Source: Bacteroidales bacterium (lineage in GTDB: Bacteria > Bacteroidota > Bacteroidia > Bacteroidales > UBA1715). From it: a stretch of DNA of 64,000 bases. The stretch is taken from the NCBI GenBank assembly GCA_017642535.1, contig JAGCOW010000096.1:15428-79427 (forward strand), in the 5' to 3' direction. This document shows positions 1 to 10,914 of the stretch, in pieces. Position 1 is the stretch's first letter. Each line of letters begins with the position of its first letter. The notes under the pieces are model-generated. The model worked only from the letters and a program-made list of their open reading frames with translations. It did no database searches and had not been told where the DNA came from. The position numbers and the translations under genes were made by a program.

Positions 1-860
1 GTTCCCGTAGGAGCAGCATAATCCACACCGTGGTGAGGTCTCACAATTTTCAATACCGGATGTTTACGTGCATTCGAGAAATATGACGAAATTCTTGAAT
101 ACTTAAGCGGTGCTTTTAAGAAAACCTTTCTCGTTGATTTTCCGTTTTGGTCAAAAAACTGCACAAATCCATCTTGTTCAAATGGAATGGCATAACAATC
201 GTCGCCCAAATGATTGAAAACGGCATATTTAATCTCCACATTGCCCGTAGGAACAGAGTCCAGATATTTTTCTTCATACACAACGTGAAAATTGTCACCC
301 TTCTGCAATCCGAAGAAATCTATCGACCAAGCATAAATTTCAGATAGGTTCATTGCCAAATTTGCACTCAGACCGTTGTCCATCATTGCATTCCACAACG
401 ACGACTTAATGGTTGCCTTTGCACGTTTCTCCACATACGTAACCTCTTTCTGCCCCTTATATGCACGAGGAACAGAATCTGTCAAGTCATACACCAGATA
501 ATTTTCGTCGGAATATTCATAAATCAAGTACAACAAGGTTGTATCAGAAAAAATCTTGGTATATGGTTTTTGCTTTAAACGACGGCGAATATTATATATA
601 CTGTCAGATTGGGATAACAAAGCATTACACGTTTTGATATCCACACCAGCATTCAGAAACAAAAGAGTAATATTCTCACCTCGTTTAACCGTATCATTGA
701 TAACGGTTAAATCATTCACCCGAATTTTATACAAATACACATCTTTTTCTACAGAATCAGCATTTGTCGTATCTTCGTTAACCGAAGAATCTCCGCCACT
801 ACAAGAACAAAATGCGAACGTCACAAAGAGAATACTCAATACTATACCTAACTTTTTCAT
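1..860 (-). CDS. M23/LytM family metallopeptidase lipoprotein; its C-terminal end runs off the window
   Basis: Absent from the ORF track because it has no stop codon in the window. The reverse-strand ATG at 860-858 gives MKKLGIVLSILFVTFAFCSCSG (signal peptide plus lipobox Cys). The frame stays open to position 3 and ends ...KIVRPHHGVDYAAPTG, which is the HxxxD zinc-site region of M23 peptidases. Confidence 0.75.
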   Translation of the reverse strand, partial: MKKLGIVLSILFVTFAFCSCSGGDSSVNEDTTNADSVEKDVYLYKIRVNDLTVINDTVKRGENITLLFLNAGVDIKTCNALLSQSDSIYNIRRRLKQKPYTKIFSDTTLLYLIYEYSDENYLVYDLTDSVPRAYKGQKEVTYVEKRAKATIKSSLWNAMMDNGLSANLAMNLSEIYAWSIDFFGLQKGDNFHVVYEEKYLDSVPTGNVEIKYAVFNHLGDDCYAIPFEQDGFVQFFDQNGKSTRKVFLKAPLKYSRISSYFSNARKHPVLKIVRPHHGVDYAAPTG

Positions 861-943
861 TGATTCAAATTTTCTGTGCAAATATAAAAAAAGAGGGTTC
901 ACCACACTTGATGAACCCTCTATAATTATCAACAGAATATTGT

Positions 944-1786
944 TTAATATTCCCACAAATCGTGTTCGAAGTTGAAAATGAATGTTTTAATTCTTTCTGC
1001 TTCGTACAATTGTTCGATACCGAATTTGTAAGAGTTTACTTCACGGTTATTGTACACGTTTGTTTCACGTGAGATGAAGCTACTGAAATAACGTCTTTGG
1101 AACAAATCATAGAATGATTTTTGGTCACCATCGCTATTTGGATTGAATGCTTCATTTCTTGCCAAGATAGGTTGAGCAGCTGGGAAATAAATCTTATAAG
1201 GCAAAGATTTACGAATTTCACCATCTTTTTCAAACTCACGCAAAGCAGTAATCCACATAATACGAGGATCCATCACAGAACGTTGTTTGTCGAATACCCA
1301 TTCCTCTTTCAAAATCAAGAATTTCACAGAACTTGGTTGCATAGTGTTTTCGATAGCTTTTGCACTTTCAGTACCATCTTCATTTTCGATGTAGATTGTA
1401 TCGATACTTGCACCCAATTTTGTCTTGAAATCATCAAATGTGATAGGAACTGCACCGTCACTCATTGGATCGTATGCAAACAAATAACCTTTTTCGATAG
1501 CATCGATTGTCAATGCCGTCAAACTATAACGTGAACCAATTTTTCCAGTCTCATTGTTTGGGAAATACAATGGGTGGTTCATTTTTTCACGTAGTGGCAA
1601 TGTTCTCTCAATTTGCTTAGACCACATTACGTCAGCGTAACGAATCTGTTGCATAGGAACAGGTTTTCTGTCGTTCATATGAGGTTTGTCATACGGACTG
1701 TCAGGATATTCACTCGCTTGAGCGAATAATGCTGAAGAAAACGCTACAGCAATAATAAATAATCCTAATTTTTTCATAACATTCAA
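944..1786 (-). CDS. gldN: T9SS/gliding motility protein GldN (PorN)
   Basis: 280 aa with a signal peptide (ALFAQA). It is the last gene of a gldK-L-M-N ordered operon, and its periplasmic-protein composition fits the GldN family. Confidence 0.8.
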   Translation of the reverse strand: MNVMKKLGLFIIAVAFSSALFAQASEYPDSPYDKPHMNDRKPVPMQQIRYADVMWSKQIERTLPLREKMNHPLYFPNNETGKIGSRYSLTALTIDAIEKGYLFAYDPMSDGAVPITFDDFKTKLGASIDTIYIENEDGTESAKAIENTMQPSSVKFLILKEEWVFDKQRSVMDPRIMWITALREFEKDGEIRKSLPYKIYFPAAQPILARNEAFNPNSDGDQKSFYDLFQRRYFSSFISRETNVYNNREVNSYKFGIEQLYEAERIKTFIFNFEHDLWEY

Positions 1787-1795
1787 TTTTAAGTT

Positions 1796-3469
1796 CTATT
1801 TAACGACAAATTTCAATACTCCTAGACTACGAGGCTTGCCATCAGGTCCGACTGCTTTGATATCCTCAAAATACACTTTTGAACCTTTAGAAACCTTACT
1901 AAAAATATTTTGTTTTACTTGTTGATTAATTCTATTACTCTTAACCGTTTCCGACAAGAAATAAGCGCCAACTTGAGCACTGACGGTGAATGACGTTACT
2001 TTGAATGACAAGTCGAAGTCGAAATCCTTCATCTTTGCATCAACTGTCTGAGCAGCTTGCAATCTTGCCTTGTCAATATCACCACCACTCATACCTAACA
2101 CTTCAGGAACAGGGTCAGGTACTCTCTTGATACGGAATTCCACACTACCCATATTTTGTTTCTTACCGTTAATGTCGGCAACAACGGAGATATTACATTT
2201 TCCAGCTTGTTTTACACGTACCGTATAACCGCCACCTGCATTTTTAGTAATAGAACCCTTATCACCAGGAGTCAAACTTGCAGAAATCTTATCTGCAGGA
2301 ACACCAGGAACAGAAATATCTACAGGGTTGTCAGGACCGATATAGAATACATTCATCTTAGTAGGAGACACAACCAAACTTGGTTTTGCAACTTGGTATT
2401 CTCCCGTAATAGTATAACTCAATGTATCTGATGAATTTGGTTTTGGCAACTTGATTACCGCATTATATTTTTGGGCACCAATACCACCACCCGTTACTTC
2501 GTACATTGGAAGACCACTTGCTGGGTCAATAGGCAACTTTCTACCATTTACATATACATCCAAAGCTTGCGTCGTATCGAATGCAGCCAAGAATATATGA
2601 GAAGAATACTTGTTACCTTGCATAATATAGGTACTTGGAGCTAAAATCACAGGTTCCAACTTATTAAACTTGAACGAAGTTGCATCCAACTGACCATACA
2701 TTAAATTCAACAAGTCACCTTCTACGTTACGTACGGCAGATTGCCATTGAGTAAGCACGGTGATAACACCCATCAAAGGCAAATGTTCAAATTGAGAACT
2801 TGCCCAAGGAATGATACCTGCTTCGTGACCACCACCAACAACATCGTCGGTACATAAAGCAGCCTTCACGTTGCTTGCCATTATAGAAGTAGAGTCAGAA
2901 CCATTCATAGCAGCAATGTCCAAAACCCACGAACGGAAACTATTAATAGATGCTTTCAATTTAGCACCACCGCAATTGTCACTTTGACCTTGGTCGTTAC
3001 CAACCATGATTTGAGCAGCAATATCCAAGTTATCCTTCGACTGACATTGTTCCTCCAATGACAACGTATCTATCTTATCGCCATTTTCTACTGCAACATA
3101 CAATCTTGTACTACCAGTTTCTGGACGAGTAAAACAAGTGCTTCTATCAATCTTATCCGCATAAAAAATGATAGTATCTTTATAATACTGCATTTCAGCA
3201 ACCAAACTATCAGCTTTTTGTTTCAACACCAATGACAAATCGTGTACTTTCTGCACTTTTTGTGGATTTGCCATATATGCTTTTTCAATAGCATCGTACG
3301 CAATTTGGTTCTTACTGATAAAGTTTTCGTTGGTAACGTTCAAAGAGTTATTGATTTTGATGAATGAATCAAGCACATCCTTCGAAACGTTCAACGCCAT
3401 CAAAGCAGTATAGAAAAGGTACATCATACCAATCATCTTCTGTCTAGGCGTTTCCTTTCCGTGTCCCAT
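1796..3469 (-). CDS. gldM: T9SS/gliding motility protein GldM (PorM)
   Basis: 557 aa. The N-terminus GKETPRQKMIGMMYLFYTALMALNVSKDVL is the hallmark GldM N-terminal transmembrane helix. It lies between gldL and gldN. Confidence 0.9.
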   Translation of the reverse strand: MGHGKETPRQKMIGMMYLFYTALMALNVSKDVLDSFIKINNSLNVTNENFISKNQIAYDAIEKAYMANPQKVQKVHDLSLVLKQKADSLVAEMQYYKDTIIFYADKIDRSTCFTRPETGSTRLYVAVENGDKIDTLSLEEQCQSKDNLDIAAQIMVGNDQGQSDNCGGAKLKASINSFRSWVLDIAAMNGSDSTSIMASNVKAALCTDDVVGGGHEAGIIPWASSQFEHLPLMGVITVLTQWQSAVRNVEGDLLNLMYGQLDATSFKFNKLEPVILAPSTYIMQGNKYSSHIFLAAFDTTQALDVYVNGRKLPIDPASGLPMYEVTGGGIGAQKYNAVIKLPKPNSSDTLSYTITGEYQVAKPSLVVSPTKMNVFYIGPDNPVDISVPGVPADKISASLTPGDKGSITKNAGGGYTVRVKQAGKCNISVVADINGKKQNMGSVEFRIKRVPDPVPEVLGMSGGDIDKARLQAAQTVDAKMKDFDFDLSFKVTSFTVSAQVGAYFLSETVKSNRINQQVKQNIFSKVSKGSKVYFEDIKAVGPDGKPRSLGVLKFVVK

Positions 3470-3512
3470 TATCTTAGTCTTTTAAATTTTTCTATACTTA
3501 ATTGAACAAATC

Positions 3513-4526
3513 TTATTTAATGCTCATAGCATTCAACATATTGCCATAAACAGTATTCAATGCTGACAAGTTCTGGCTCAACTTAGAAATTTCTGCCTTA
3601 TACTGAGCAACATCGTTTGCTGTAGATTTCAAATCAGACATGATAGAGTTGATACCTGAAGTAATTTCTTCGGTAGCAGTCAAGTTCTTATTTGAATTTT
3701 GTAATTGCATTTCATATACAGCATTCAATGCAGACAAATTCTTTGTCAAAGCTTCTTGTTGTTCTGCTTGAGCTTTTGTACTGTCTCCGATAGAAGAGAA
3801 GTTCGTGTTCAAACCTTCCAACAATTGTTGATAGCTTTGACCAGAAGTAGCAATGATATCAGCAGTTTTCTCAGCCGATGCAGAAATCAATTGTGATGAT
3901 TTGCTACCTGATTCAGCAATTGAATTTGCAGTTTGTTTTGCAGATTCAGCAATTGAATCAAATGCACCAGACATTGATGATACTGAATTGTTTGCATTAT
4001 TAATGTTTTCAACATATGAATTTGTTGCAACAGCAGCATTTGCTATATCAGACATACTAGAAACGTTGTTGTTCAATGCCTCCAAGTTGTTGCCTAAACG
4101 AACAAACATATCTTCGCCAAGTTTGCCTTTTTCCAACAATTCATCGAATTTTTCCAAAGCAGAACCACCTTCTTTTCCACCTGGTCCGCCAACACCACCT
4201 TCTATTTTACCAGAAAGTTTGTCTTTCAAGAATGTTGTCAAAGGAGTTGTATCTTGAACATCTTGAATACCTTCACCTTCTGGAGTTGGAATCAATTCAG
4301 GATATACCAATGTCCAGTCTATTTCAGCATGTACTGGTTCGAAAGCTGAGAAGAAGAAGATAACTGCTTCTGTCAACAAACCAACAACCAACATAGGTCC
4401 AGCACCCGGATAGTGTTGAATTTTAAACAATGCACCAACCATTACGACAGATGCTCCCCATCCATAAACTTTCGCCATAAACTTTTTCCAGCCGTCTGTT
4501 TCGACTAGTTCTGAAATACTCATCAT
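3513..4526 (-). CDS. gldL: T9SS/gliding motility motor protein GldL (PorL)
   Basis: 337 aa. Two N-terminal transmembrane helices (KVYGWGASVVMVGALFKIQHYPG..., TEAVIFFFSAFEP) are followed by a Ser/Ala/Asn-rich cytoplasmic tail, which is typical of GldL. Confidence 0.9.
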   Translation of the reverse strand: MMSISELVETDGWKKFMAKVYGWGASVVMVGALFKIQHYPGAGPMLVVGLLTEAVIFFFSAFEPVHAEIDWTLVYPELIPTPEGEGIQDVQDTTPLTTFLKDKLSGKIEGGVGGPGGKEGGSALEKFDELLEKGKLGEDMFVRLGNNLEALNNNVSSMSDIANAAVATNSYVENINNANNSVSSMSGAFDSIAESAKQTANSIAESGSKSSQLISASAEKTADIIATSGQSYQQLLEGLNTNFSSIGDSTKAQAEQQEALTKNLSALNAVYEMQLQNSNKNLTATEEITSGINSIMSDLKSTANDVAQYKAEISKLSQNLSALNTVYGNMLNAMSIK

Positions 4527-4577
4527 AACCTTTAAGAATTTTAATGTGTGTAATTTTTATTTTTTCTGTTTATCCTA

Positions 4578-5984
4578 TTAATATACTTGTGAATCACCTA
4601 CGCCATCAGCACCATATGCACGACCAAGATATGTTTGTACACATCTGAAACCGATATAACTTTTTGCTGAATCTTGATATTCGTAAGTTCTTGAGCTACA
4701 TTGCATATAGTAAGCAATATCCTTCCACGATCCACCACGAACAACTTTTCTCTTCATTACGATTGGATCGTCGTCCAATGCGCTATAGTAGTTGTCAGTG
4801 TTAACATCACCAGTGAAACTATATGCACTTTCATCGAATGCTGTTTGTGTCCACTCAGCCACGTTACCAGCCATATCATACAAACCCCATTCGTTTGGTT
4901 CATAGTGACCTACGACAACTGTTTGGATACCACCATCATCGGTGTAGTTACCACGCAATGGTTTAAAGTTAGCGATGAAACATCCTAAGTAGTTTCTTGT
5001 ATAGTTACCACCCCAAGGATATGGAGATGATTCCAAACCACCTCTTGCAGCATATTCCCATTCTGTTTCAGATGGCAAACGATAATCGTTAACTATTACT
5101 TTCTTTACACTACGCAAATATCCGTTCTTCAATTGAGTTCTCCATACACCGAAAGCAACTGCTTGTTTCCAAGAAACACCTACAACTGGATAATGATCAT
5201 ATGCAGGATGCCAGAAATACATAGCAGACATTGGGTCGTTATACGAATAAGTATAATCGCTAACCCAACACAATGTGTCTGGATAAATATTGATTTCTTC
5301 TTTTACAATATAAGAAGATCTATCTTTTATAGCTTGTCTTGTTCCATCAGCACGAAGCACGTCGCCTTCATATTTGCCCGTTTTGTAATTGTATGCACGA
5401 TTTTCCTTTCCATTTACTTTCTTCTTTTCAGCAGCTTGCTTGAAATCCATCCAGTAAAATACGAAATTCAAACGACGAACATCCAATTCGTGTTTCTTGT
5501 AGAAACGTTCATCACCTTGCAAGAAGAACGACAACAAAGCTTCACGATTTTCTGCCTCATTCCAGTCAATTGGTTTTGTCCAGTCAATGTACTGCTCATC
5601 ATCATCCAAATCTTCACCGAATTCATTTACAGTAACGAACAAATCTTCCTTACCTGCATCTTCCTTCAATGTAACGTATGCCAATGAATCGCGAACCCAA
5701 TCCACGAATTGACGATACTCATTGTTGGTGATTTCCGTCTCATCCATCCAGAATGCCTGAACAGACACCGTACGGTTTTGAGCTGTATTAGCCCATGCTA
5801 CATCTTGATCACTTGGTCCTACATTCAAACTTCCCTGTGGAATAAACAACATTCCGAATGGAACTTCATTACTCCAAGCTGGTCTTGTCTGTGTACCTGA
5901 CAACTCTCCACTTTGATAACTAGATGAACAACTTGCCATCAAAGCGATAATCGAACTAAAGAACAATAACTTTTTCATATGCAT
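4578..5984 (-). CDS. gldK: T9SS ring lipoprotein GldK (PorK), SUMF1/FGE-sulfatase fold
   Basis: 468 aa. It has a lipobox (LMASCSS) and the motifs FWMDETEITNNEY, YPVVGVSW, YRLPSETEWEYAARGG, AGNVAEW and GFRCV. Confidence 0.9.
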   Translation of the reverse strand: MHMKKLLFFSSIIALMASCSSSYQSGELSGTQTRPAWSNEVPFGMLFIPQGSLNVGPSDQDVAWANTAQNRTVSVQAFWMDETEITNNEYRQFVDWVRDSLAYVTLKEDAGKEDLFVTVNEFGEDLDDDEQYIDWTKPIDWNEAENREALLSFFLQGDERFYKKHELDVRRLNFVFYWMDFKQAAEKKKVNGKENRAYNYKTGKYEGDVLRADGTRQAIKDRSSYIVKEEINIYPDTLCWVSDYTYSYNDPMSAMYFWHPAYDHYPVVGVSWKQAVAFGVWRTQLKNGYLRSVKKVIVNDYRLPSETEWEYAARGGLESSPYPWGGNYTRNYLGCFIANFKPLRGNYTDDGGIQTVVVGHYEPNEWGLYDMAGNVAEWTQTAFDESAYSFTGDVNTDNYYSALDDDPIVMKRKVVRGGSWKDIAYYMQCSSRTYEYQDSAKSYIGFRCVQTYLGRAYGADGVGDSQVY

Positions 5985-6028
5985 TCATATTAAAATAATT
6001 CGCAAGTTAATACTATTTTCTAAATATC

Positions 6029-7009
6029 CTACAAAAATCTTACACTTTTATAAATTTTATTTTCTTTTTCTATAAACAAGTTGAAGTCATACGACAACAT
6101 AAACTCAAGATTACCAGCACTTTCGCCTCCTAATTTCGATGTTACAATATCATAAGAAAAAATTGCCTTCAAACCGTCTAATTTTGCTCCATCTTTGAAT
6201 TGAACACCGACATTTAAGGAAATATCTTGACTACTTGTGTATGAAATTCCAACGATTGCAAAGTTATTATAAATTGCTCTACAATCAAAACTTATTTGCA
6301 AATCTGATACTGTTGTTTTTAAAGTCATAGCCGGACATAACGTCCACTTCGGGCTCGATGTCTTATAATCATAACCGCAAGAAAGCCAATAATGACGCTT
6401 CAGATACTTCATTTTGCCTGAATCAAATTTCAAACTTGGTTCATTTAACTCCGTAACGGAAAATGCCGCATACAAACTACCGACTTGATAAAACGCCCCG
6501 AAGCCCAACAATAAATTTGAGAACTTCTCCTTTGAACCGATGGTCGATTCCAAATAACTATCGTTGGTACCATCAGGATACACAGCTTCACTCAAATCCC
6601 AGCCGACGGTATTCAATCCCGCACTCAACCCCAGACCCAAGCGTCCCGAACGGAGATTCAGATGATATGCATAATTCAATTTTGCGGAAACTCTTTTTTC
6701 AAATCCTTCCTTCGTCTGAGCCACCGACAAGCCTACTCCACTATTGACCGACTTGATCGGCATAGAGACGTTGAACCATGTTGATGCCGGTCCCGATTTG
6801 TCAACAAAGCCCATATATTGATTACGCACCACCAGACTCGCATTGCCGTAATCAAAAGCTCCACAAATAGCAGGATTGTACGAAGATTGATGGAACGCAT
6901 AGAGCGAGCTTCTTGGATTCAATTGTGCAAAAACGACAGAATCCATTGCAACGATACACACTATCGTCGTCCATAAAAACTTCAAAACGTACTTCAATCT
7001 CCTTTCCAT
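6029..7009 (-). CDS. porP: PorP/SprF family T9SS outer-membrane beta-barrel protein
   Basis: 326 aa with a signal peptide and beta-strand-rich alternating composition. Its position directly upstream of gldK matches the porP-porKLMN arrangement. Confidence 0.8.
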   Translation of the reverse strand: MERRLKYVLKFLWTTIVCIVAMDSVVFAQLNPRSSLYAFHQSSYNPAICGAFDYGNASLVVRNQYMGFVDKSGPASTWFNVSMPIKSVNSGVGLSVAQTKEGFEKRVSAKLNYAYHLNLRSGRLGLGLSAGLNTVGWDLSEAVYPDGTNDSYLESTIGSKEKFSNLLLGFGAFYQVGSLYAAFSVTELNEPSLKFDSGKMKYLKRHYWLSCGYDYKTSSPKWTLCPAMTLKTTVSDLQISFDCRAIYNNFAIVGISYTSSQDISLNVGVQFKDGAKLDGLKAIFSYDIVTSKLGGESAGNLEFMLSYDFNLFIEKENKIYKSVRFL

Positions 7010-7127
7010 TGTGGAAACCTAACTGAAAACAATGCGTAAATAAACTACATTTTTTTTATGATTGCAAACATTTGAATAAAATCATTGGTTTTTGAGGGGG
7101 GCTATACATTATAATAATGTATATATA

Positions 7128-7574
7128 TTATGCCAATAATTTTTTTACTATATCCGAAATTGTCTTGCCGTCGGCTACGCCTGCAAATTTTTTGCTTGCA
7201 ATTCCCATAACCTTCCCCATATCTTTCATAGAAGATGCTCCTGTAGTAGCCACAATCTCCTTGATGCCTGCCTCAAGTTCCTCAACCGAAAGTTGTTTTG
7301 GCAAATATACTGTCAACACGTCGGCTTCGGCATTTTCCTTGTCGGCCAAATCTTTTCTGTTGTTTGCCAGATATTCAGCCGCAGAATCACGACGTTGCTT
7401 AATAAGCTTTTGCACGATTTTCAACTCAGTTGCATCGTCCAAATCGTCGGCTCCAGTTTCTGCTTTTGCCAAAATAAACGCCGTTTTTAATGCACGAATA
7501 GCATCTAACTTTACTTTTTCCTGATTTTTCATTGCTGCCATTAAATCCAAGGCAACTTGTTTTGTAAGTTTCAT
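7128..7574 (-). CDS. GatB/YqeY domain protein
   Basis: 148 aa. The motifs DAIRALKTA..., IVQKLIKQRRDSAAEY and GKVMGIASKKFAGVADGK are typical of the YqeY family. Confidence 0.85.
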   Translation of the reverse strand: MKLTKQVALDLMAAMKNQEKVKLDAIRALKTAFILAKAETGADDLDDATELKIVQKLIKQRRDSAAEYLANNRKDLADKENAEADVLTVYLPKQLSVEELEAGIKEIVATTGASSMKDMGKVMGIASKKFAGVADGKTISDIVKKLLA

Positions 7575-9019
7575 ATTGATACTTTTTTATGTTTTTTTTC
7601 AATAATTTTCGACATAAATTGACTGACAAACGGTTTCAACGACGGCAATCCCTTGTCGTTCACTGCAAGATAAGTCAAATATACTCCTATTATTAATATG
7701 ATAACAATAGGATACCACATTCCTACCCACGCGCTGATAGTCGCCGCCTTCACACTCTTTTCGGCTATCATCGTGAGCACATAGTACATCAGATAAAACA
7801 AAAACGAAACGATTACGGGAACACCGAAACCGCCCTTTCTCACCAATGCTCCGAATGGTGCACCTACGAAAAACATTATCATACACACAAATCCCAACGT
7901 GAATTTTTTGTGCCATTCGATACGGAACTTATTCAGTCCTTGCTCTTGTGAGATTGTGGGTTCAACCGCCGACAACAAGAAAGATTCAGCTGTTCGAGCC
8001 GAATTCAGCGCCTTGGTAACAACAGCAAGTCTTGCTTCAGAACTCATTCCTGCATACAAAGTGTCTAAACCAACCATCACGCCAACGGAATCTTTGTTCG
8101 CCTTTGCCTTATATACATTATTAATAAAGAACTGCGTAAAACAGCGACTATTATGTCCTTTATAATTCAATCGCAAAGAATCTATCATATAATCCAGCTG
8201 CACGACATTCTGCATCTGCGAATTATGTTTGAACAATTCCACATTCGTCCGACTGAACGCATAATCTTCCAACTCGAACAAAACTTGTTGCTTGTCAAAT
8301 GAATACTGACGGAACGGACGTTTTTTGCGATACTCGTCAATACTACTTCTGTCAATCACATCTTCATACGATTCGCCTGAATACAAGGTAAGCACAAGAT
8401 ACCGCTTGTCGTCGGTAACTTTCATCGTGGCAGAATCGGCAATGATGACACTTGTATTACCAGCATTATTCCGATGATCATAAATCATCATATCGTACAT
8501 CATATTCGTTTCGGTATTTTTCGACGAAATCTTCAAACGAACTTGATCAATACCATCAAAGAATATACCTTCTTTTATATTCATTTCCGGTCGCTGGTTT
8601 CTTACATCAAACATCAACGACCAGAGCCGCAAATTAGAATACGGCAACACATTATTGGCATACACAAACGAAAATCCCATCAAGAATACATTGAATACAA
8701 TTAATGGGAGCATTATACGCGACAAGGAGACGCCCGCCGACTTTATCGCAATCAACTCGTTGGTGTCGCCCATACTACCATACGCAAATATTGACGAGCA
8801 CAACACCGCCAATGGCAACGACATTTGGAGCAATCCCATCGCCGCAAAAAAGAAGAGTTCTAATATTATCCGTAGTTCAAGTCCTTTGCCAACGAGATCG
8901 TCAATGTAACGCCACAAAAATTGCATGAGCAACAAAAAAGTCGTCACGAAAAAAATTATGACTAACGGTACCAGATATGATTTTAGAATAAATAAGTCTA
9001 ATTTCTTAATCCCCAACAT
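7571..9019 (-). CDS. LptF/LptG (YjgP/YjgQ) family LPS export permease
   Basis: 482 aa. The N-terminus KKLDLFILKSYLVPLVIIFFVTTFLLLMQFLWRYIDDLVGKG, a six-transmembrane layout and a central periplasmic domain fit this family. Confidence 0.85.
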   Translation of the reverse strand: MLGIKKLDLFILKSYLVPLVIIFFVTTFLLLMQFLWRYIDDLVGKGLELRIILELFFFAAMGLLQMSLPLAVLCSSIFAYGSMGDTNELIAIKSAGVSLSRIMLPLIVFNVFLMGFSFVYANNVLPYSNLRLWSLMFDVRNQRPEMNIKEGIFFDGIDQVRLKISSKNTETNMMYDMMIYDHRNNAGNTSVIIADSATMKVTDDKRYLVLTLYSGESYEDVIDRSSIDEYRKKRPFRQYSFDKQQVLFELEDYAFSRTNVELFKHNSQMQNVVQLDYMIDSLRLNYKGHNSRCFTQFFINNVYKAKANKDSVGVMVGLDTLYAGMSSEARLAVVTKALNSARTAESFLLSAVEPTISQEQGLNKFRIEWHKKFTLGFVCMIMFFVGAPFGALVRKGGFGVPVIVSFLFYLMYYVLTMIAEKSVKAATISAWVGMWYPIVIILIIGVYLTYLAVNDKGLPSLKPFVSQFMSKIIEKKHKKVSI

Positions 9020-9024
9020 AATAC

Positions 9025-9405
9025 CTAAGCGGCCAATAACCGTTTCAAATTATCAATTTGAAAATTCCACAATCGAACAACATCATCAGATTCTTCCTCT
9101 TCGGAAAAATCTATCACATGCAACACGTATGTCCCCGTCAGTTCTTGTCGTTCAATCCTAAACTCAAAATAATCTTCTTCATCGTCTTCCTCCCAACGAA
9201 AACGGATAAACACATTTTCGGCAGAGTCAAGAACAATAGCGCGAGAGATTTCCTTGTGCCATAAGAAAGAATACACTTTTCCGTCCTCGCTCGCGGCATC
9301 ATCGGCAAACCATTTTGCCAAACCGTCGGGAGTAGCGACATATTTATACAACACGCCAGGCATTGTATTCATCTCAAACTCCAAATCAATTTTTTGTTTC
9401 GACAT
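9025..9405 (-). CDS. START-like / SRPBCC (AHSA1-like) domain protein
   Basis: 126 aa. The motif LYKYVATPDGLAKWFADDA resembles Bacteroidota START-like domain proteins. It also has an acidic C-terminus. Confidence 0.5.
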   Translation of the reverse strand: MSKQKIDLEFEMNTMPGVLYKYVATPDGLAKWFADDAASEDGKVYSFLWHKEISRAIVLDSAENVFIRFRWEEDDEEDYFEFRIERQELTGTYVLHVIDFSEEEESDDVVRLWNFQIDNLKRLLAA

Positions 9406-9451
9406 ATTTATCGCATTACAAATGCAAGATACAATTTTTTCTATAAAAACG

Positions 9452-10150
9452 TCACAAAATAAGAAATATTGATGGTCGTTTTAGTAAATTTGGTTTCTCC
9501 TTACACCATTCTGCAATTGTTTTTGTCCGTATTTCTTCGGTCGGCAAGGTTATGTCCGTCGCAATACACAATTTTGTAGCTGGTCTGAGAACGGCAAGCA
9601 AATCCTCAAACAATTGCTGATTCCGATATGGCGTCTCCATAAAGATCTGTGTCTCTTTCGTCTGCATTGCCCTATTTTCCCACGACAAAAGCATTCGTTT
9701 CCGTTCGTCCTTTATTGGCACATATCCATGAAAGGCAAAACTTTGTCCGTTGAATCCAGATGCTATCAGTGCCATGATTATGGAATTCGGTCCGACAAGC
9801 GGAACAACCTGTATTCCCAATCGGTGGGCTTCGGCGACAAATATGTTTCCTGGGTCGGCAATGCAAGGCATACCCGCTTCGCTCATAATTCCAATATCGA
9901 AACCATTTTGCAACGGTGCCATTTTTTCTGCAACGTTCTCGGAAGGATTATGTTTGTTTATTTCAAAAAAAACAGTTTCCTCGATATTTTTCTCGGGACA
10001 AACCTTTTTCACAAACCTCCGAGCCGTTCGCGCATTTTCTACAATATAATAATGTAATGATTGAATGACACTGATATTATAGCGAGGAAACAACACTTCA
10101 GACGATTGTTCTCCCATTTCGGACGGAATTAGATAGATTTTACCTTTCAT
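9452..10150 (-). CDS. SAM-dependent methyltransferase, tetrapyrrole-methylase (RsmI-like) fold
   Basis: 232 aa. The motifs KIYLIPSEMGE, ENARTARRF, SEAGMPCIADPG and GPNSIIMAL match the RsmI/TP_methylase family. Confidence 0.7.
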   Translation of the reverse strand: MKGKIYLIPSEMGEQSSEVLFPRYNISVIQSLHYYIVENARTARRFVKKVCPEKNIEETVFFEINKHNPSENVAEKMAPLQNGFDIGIMSEAGMPCIADPGNIFVAEAHRLGIQVVPLVGPNSIIMALIASGFNGQSFAFHGYVPIKDERKRMLLSWENRAMQTKETQIFMETPYRNQQLFEDLLAVLRPATKLCIATDITLPTEEIRTKTIAEWCKEKPNLLKRPSIFLIL

Positions 10151-10217
10151 TTGAAAAAATTTCTTTTACTTTGTAAAAATAAAAATTAAATCGATTCGAA
10201 TCATAATGAATTAATTT

Positions 10218-10913
10218 ATGATACTACTTAACCTCATCCAATTCATACTTTTGGCTTTTTGGACATTATTCTACGTCTATGTAATAAGTCTGTTTTTACC
10301 TTCCAAAGCGACACTGTGGCTCACGGTACATTTATGGGCACCGGTAAATTCCTATATCATATTCAGCCCCATCAAGGCCGAAGGATTGGAGAATCTTGAT
10401 CCGAACAAGAATTATGTCTTTATGGCAAATCATTCCTCGTTTTACGACATTCCTTGTCTTTTCTGGGGTTCGAAACGAATGCTTCATTTTTTGGCGAAAG
10501 AAGAATTGAAGCACAACATTTTCACTGGGTTCGTCCTTCGAAAAATGCAAATGATTTTTATTGACAGAAAAAACGCTCAAAAATCGGTGTCGAGTATGCG
10601 ACAAGCCGTTGATTTGATTTCACAAGGAATGGACATCGCCATCTTTCCCGAAGGGACGAGAACAAAAACGGGAGAATTAAATCCGTTCAAGAAAGGAGGT
10701 TTCAAATTAGCCATCAATTCTCAAACCGACATTGTTCCCGTTACCATAAAAAATTCCGCAAAAGCGTGGTCGCGCTCTAATATTCGTTTTCGCCCGACAA
10801 AAGTAACCGTCTGTTTCGGGAAGCCCATCTCGGTGCAAGGATTACAAGAAAATGATGCTTCGCAAGTTGCAACTCAAGCATTCAACATTATAAGCGAGGA
10901 ATTGAAGAAATAA
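10218..10913 (+). CDS. plsC: 1-acyl-sn-glycerol-3-phosphate acyltransferase
   Basis: 231 aa. It carries the acyltransferase motifs NHSSFYD (HX4D) and FPEGTRT. Confidence 0.85.
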   Translation: MILLNLIQFILLAFWTLFYVYVISLFLPSKATLWLTVHLWAPVNSYIIFSPIKAEGLENLDPNKNYVFMANHSSFYDIPCLFWGSKRMLHFLAKEELKHNIFTGFVLRKMQMIFIDRKNAQKSVSSMRQAVDLISQGMDIAIFPEGTRTKTGELNPFKKGGFKLAINSQTDIVPVTIKNSAKAWSRSNIRFRPTKVTVCFGKPISVQGLQENDASQVATQAFNIISEELKK

Positions 10914-10914
10914 C